Shown here: one piece after another, positions 22,583 through 25,585 of the stretch
Position numbering within the stretch: the stretch's first letter is position 1
Layout: every line of letters starts with the position of its first letter
Source of the DNA: Patescibacteria group bacterium
GTDB taxonomy: Bacteria; Patescibacteriota; Patescibacteriia; 2-12-FULL-60-25
Reading direction: 5' to 3'
DNA: 25,585 nucleotides
Assembly: GCA_018824765.1 (NCBI GenBank)
Contig: JAHJFW010000077.1
Coordinates: 1 to 25,585, forward strand
Translations under genes and position numbers: made by a program
The notes under the pieces: model-generated
The model's database searches: none
Told to the model about the DNA's origin: nothing
What the model saw: only the letters and a program-made list of their open reading frames with translations

Positions 22583-23992
22583 ATGTATCTACGCAACCTT
22601 CTTCTCACAACTTTTCCGATTCTCGGTTTTCTTGCCGCAGGTCCGCTACATGCCGCAACGCTCGCCCCCGGCGACTTGATCAAAGCATCGGGCCCGTCAG
22701 TTTATTATTACGCGGAAAACGGCAAACGCTACGTCTTTCCGACGGAAAAAACATACCTGACTTGGTATGCGGATTTTGCATCCGTCAAGACAATCACCGA
22801 TGCCGAGCTCGGCGCCATTACGATCGGCGGCAACGCCACTTATCGTCCGGGCACGCGGCTAATAAAAATCACGACTGACCCGAAAGTATATGCCGTGGGT
22901 CCATGGAATTCTCTGCGCTGGATCCAAACCGAAGCTCTTGCAACAGAACTGTTCGGCGCTGATTGGGCGAAAATAATAGATGACATTTCTGACGCTTTCT
23001 TTATCAACTATTTAATCGGCAATCCTGTAGCCTCTGCCTCCGACTATGTAACGGAATCGGTCAAATCCGCCAACCCGACCCTGCAATCGGTCATTGCACC
23101 GCCAGTGCAAGTTACAACTCCGGAAACTCCGACAACCTCTACACAGCCAACGGCGCCGGCCGTGCAAGGAGGCGTGATATTATCACTCTCAAAACTGACA
23201 GCACGAGGCGGAGACGTTGAAACGCTGACCTCTTATGCCTCGCATACCACTGGCATTGTGAAAATCGAATTGTTTTTCGACAACCAACTTATTCAGACCT
23301 GCACTTTCACGCCCTGCACTGTCGAACATTCAATCCCTACCTCCGGCACAAAAGACAGTTACGAAGCCAAAGCTATTGCTTATGCGCTCGACCAAACAAC
23401 CCAAACCGCAACCGCCACAATCATGATAACCACGGATTCCGACGGCTTGGTCAAGCTGACACTCGGCCGCGCCAGCATCCGGCCGGGACAAGCCGGCGAA
23501 GCGGTCATTGACGTTGATTCTTCAATAGCCGTGTATAGGACTGAGATATCTGTCGGCGGAATCGTTAATAAATCCTGTAGCATCGGCATCAGGCAATGCC
23601 GCTGGTCCGAAACCATGACGGGCAGCGAGGGCGCGACATTCGACGTCTACGGAATAGTTACAGACACCATCGGGCGCACTTACCAATCCGCGCATAAAAC
23701 AATCACCATCGCCTCAAACGACAGCCCTGTCGTAACCGTGTCACCGGCCAAATCACTGATTTACAAGGGCGAAACTTTGGACGTTACAGTAACCGCCAAT
23801 GATGATAACGGCATTTCCAAAATTGAAATCCTAAGCAATGGCGCGATCGTGAAAACCTGCGACGGTGCGGCGCCCTGCACAACCACTACCGGCCCTTGGA
23901 ACGACTCGGGAACAATTATCTTTAACGGCCGCGCCACTGACGGCCTTGGTTTCACGGCAATCAATGACGATGTGCAAGTTACCGTGCAATAA
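22583..23992 (+). CDS. Secreted surface protein: CPR-type N-terminal repeat domain, Thr/Pro linker, Ig-like domains
   Basis: Signal peptide ending in LHA-A; GDLIK...GKRYVFP.EKTY.TWY.DF domain; C-terminal VTANDDNGISKIEI-type Ig-like repeats with paired Cys. Confidence 0.85.
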   Translation: MYLRNLLLTTFPILGFLAAGPLHAATLAPGDLIKASGPSVYYYAENGKRYVFPTEKTYLTWYADFASVKTITDAELGAITIGGNATYRPGTRLIKITTDPKVYAVGPWNSLRWIQTEALATELFGADWAKIIDDISDAFFINYLIGNPVASASDYVTESVKSANPTLQSVIAPPVQVTTPETPTTSTQPTAPAVQGGVILSLSKLTARGGDVETLTSYASHTTGIVKIELFFDNQLIQTCTFTPCTVEHSIPTSGTKDSYEAKAIAYALDQTTQTATATIMITTDSDGLVKLTLGRASIRPGQAGEAVIDVDSSIAVYRTEISVGGIVNKSCSIGIRQCRWSETMTGSEGATFDVYGIVTDTIGRTYQSAHKTITIASNDSPVVTVSPAKSLIYKGETLDVTVTANDDNGISKIEILSNGAIVKTCDGAAPCTTTTGPWNDSGTIIFNGRATDGLGFTAINDDVQVTVQ

Positions 23993-24034
23993 AACACGGC
24001 TTTATTAAAATTTATTCTTTAAAAATCTATAAAT

Positions 24035-24820
24035 ATGTTCATCCGGCTACTTGCATTTCTAGCTTCATTATCAATGTTCTTAATGCCCAATGCAGGCCAT
24101 GCGGCGGCTGCCGGCAATTTTTCTCCCGGCGACCTGATAAGGGGCAATGCCGTAAACACGGTTTATTATTTCGCGCCGGACGGCAAGCGTTATGTTTTCC
24201 CGAATGAAAAAACTTATTTTACTTGGTATTCGGATTTTTCCGGAGTCAAAACCATTACCGACGGCCAACTCGGCGCCATTCCTCTCGGAAAAAACATCAC
24301 ATACCGCCCGGGCTATAAAATGGTAAAAATCACTACTGACCCCAAGGTCTATGCGGTTGAGCAGGGCGGGATTTTACGCTGGGTCACCACGCAGGAAATC
24401 GCCGAAACACTGTATGGCTTGAGCTGGAAAAACCAGATAGACGACGTGCCTGATGCTTTTTTCACAAATTACACAATCGGCACGCCAATCACTTCGTCAG
24501 CCGCGTACGATCCGCAAGACACCATGACACTCACTCCCAATATCGCAATTGACAAACAGTTCGACGAGACACAAGCCACGATTACCATAAGCAGTGTGTC
24601 CAACGGCTTTGTCCCGCCGTCTATCACTATCCAAAAAGGCGAAATGATCATTTGGACAAACCGCGATATCGACACCCATACCGTAACAGGATCGGATTTC
24701 AGTTCAGGCACTCTTCAGCCAAACCAATCCTACAGCCGCGAATTTACATCCACCGGCTCATACGATTACAACTGCTCAATACAGCCCTCGATGAGAGGCA
24801 CGATCAATGTCGTTGACTAA
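24035..24820 (+). CDS. Secreted protein: same N-terminal domain plus C-terminal cupredoxin-like domain
   Basis: Signal peptide ending in AGHA; paralogous N-domain; FVPPSITIQKGEMIIWTNRD...HTVT...FTSTGSYDYNCSIQPSMRGTINV. Confidence 0.87.
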   Translation: MFIRLLAFLASLSMFLMPNAGHAAAAGNFSPGDLIRGNAVNTVYYFAPDGKRYVFPNEKTYFTWYSDFSGVKTITDGQLGAIPLGKNITYRPGYKMVKITTDPKVYAVEQGGILRWVTTQEIAETLYGLSWKNQIDDVPDAFFTNYTIGTPITSSAAYDPQDTMTLTPNIAIDKQFDETQATITISSVSNGFVPPSITIQKGEMIIWTNRDIDTHTVTGSDFSSGTLQPNQSYSREFTSTGSYDYNCSIQPSMRGTINVVD

Positions 24821-24867
24821 ACCTCCATCCGCAAAACAAAAAAATCCGTCATTGCGAGAAATTCCAA

Positions 24868-24905
24868 ATTATCAAAAAAAGCCCGATCGGGCTTTTTTTG
24901 ATAAT
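24868..24905. repeat. 38-bp ATTATCA...TGATAAT palindrome, copy 4 (may also act as a terminator)
   Basis: ATTATCAAAAAAAGCCC-GATC-GGGCTTTTTTTGATAAT; perfect 42-bp palindrome at 24866-24907. Confidence 0.9.
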
Positions 24906-25046
24906 TTTAACTACACCGAACCCCATGCGATGGACAAAATCTGAATTATATGACGTGCTATATTCCATGCATTTTTTTTCCTGCTCTTTTCTGCTATTCT
25001 GATATTCGATATTCCATCTTCAATATTTTATTTTCTTTTTCCAACT

Positions 25047-25585
25047 ATGCCCCCTTTTTCAATGCCGAGTAAAAAATCCGACCTGCTGATGTGGCTTGGT
25101 TTTGTCTTAGCAACGGTTATAGCAATCGCGGTTATCGCCGGCGCTTTCTCTAAAGCCCTGCAAAGTTTTTTCCCAGCTAAAAATAATGTGATGGAATACG
25201 CCGTAACTGCCGGTGCGCCGGGTGCGCCGCAAGCTACGGTGTTTTTTGAAAACAGAGACATGGCAGATGCAATGTTGCCCTCAGCAGAGCCGCAAATGCT
25301 CTTGAAAGCGACTTCAGCCGCGCCTGACACGACTTCACAACTTCAACAACGCATAATCAAAACCGGCGATCTAAGCATCAGAGTCCGCGACGCGGAAGAA
25401 GCCCTTGAACAAATAGTCAGCATCTCGTCCGAAAAAAAAGGTTATATTGAATCCTCTTCCATTACCGATCCCGGCACCGGTCCGCGCACAGCGTATGTCA
25501 CAATCCGCGTGCCGGCAGACGTCTTTGAGACAACTCTTAGCGAACTCAAGCAGGTTGGCGTCTTAACTTTGCATGAAAGCGTGCA
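25047..25585 (+). CDS. DUF4349 domain membrane protein, 3' end runs off the window
   Basis: Not in the ORF track; translated by hand: MPPFSMPSKKSDLLMWLGFVLATVIAIAVIAG...RIIKTGDLSIRVRD...GYIESSS...VTIRVPADVFETTLSELKQVG. Open to the window end. Confidence 0.85.
   Translation, partial: MPPFSMPSKKSDLLMWLGFVLATVIAIAVIAGAFSKALQSFFPAKNNVMEYAVTAGAPGAPQATVFFENRDMADAMLPSAEPQMLLKATSAAPDTTSQLQQRIIKTGDLSIRVRDAEEALEQIVSISSEKKGYIESSSITDPGTGPRTAYVTIRVPADVFETTLSELKQVGVLTLHESV

Noticed and set aside
1-25585. Alternative genetic code (UGA = Gly, code 25)
   Set aside because: TGA terminates ruvA, rpiB, femABX and the PaaX-like gene at expected lengths, and no conserved gene needs readthrough.

Overview
Chromosomal housekeeping window, most likely from a Patescibacteria/CPR (Parcubacteria-ABY1-like) bacterium using genetic code 11. 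The taxonomy is inferred from the short IF2 N-terminus, type-2 IleRS, INS-less ProRS, FemABX protein, stand-alone PaaX/Cas2-like gene, ABY1-type surface proteins and mostly SD-less starts. Gene order: trmD (partial), khpA, rpsP, trxB, trxA, PaaX/Cas2-like regulator, infB, truB, structured RNA, rny, hup, pilT, hypothetical, proS, Zn-finger protein, tRNA-Arg(CCG), 2x82-bp repeat, tRNA-Lys(CTT), DUF378, hypothetical, femABX, ruvA, Ser/Thr kinase, ileS, rpiB, rpe, two paralogous secreted proteins, DUF4349 (partial). Several starts were moved downstream of the ORF-track starts. The most unusual signals are non-coding. (1) Four 17-4-17 palindromes (ATTATCA...TGATAAT) have covarying arms, and two of them bracket the PaaX/Cas2-like gene in inverted orientation. 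(2) Two identical 82-bp units upstream of tRNA-Lys each begin with a 33-nt collapsed copy of that tRNA, keeping the acceptor stem, D-loop and anticodon. (3) A ~165-nt closed RNA structure sits directly before rny. (4) Leaderless-type promoters precede infB, ruvA, rpiB and ileS. (5) Heptamer tracts recur in spacers and in frame inside truB. No CRISPR array, integrase or transposase is present. All calls were made by eye; no searches or folding programs were run.
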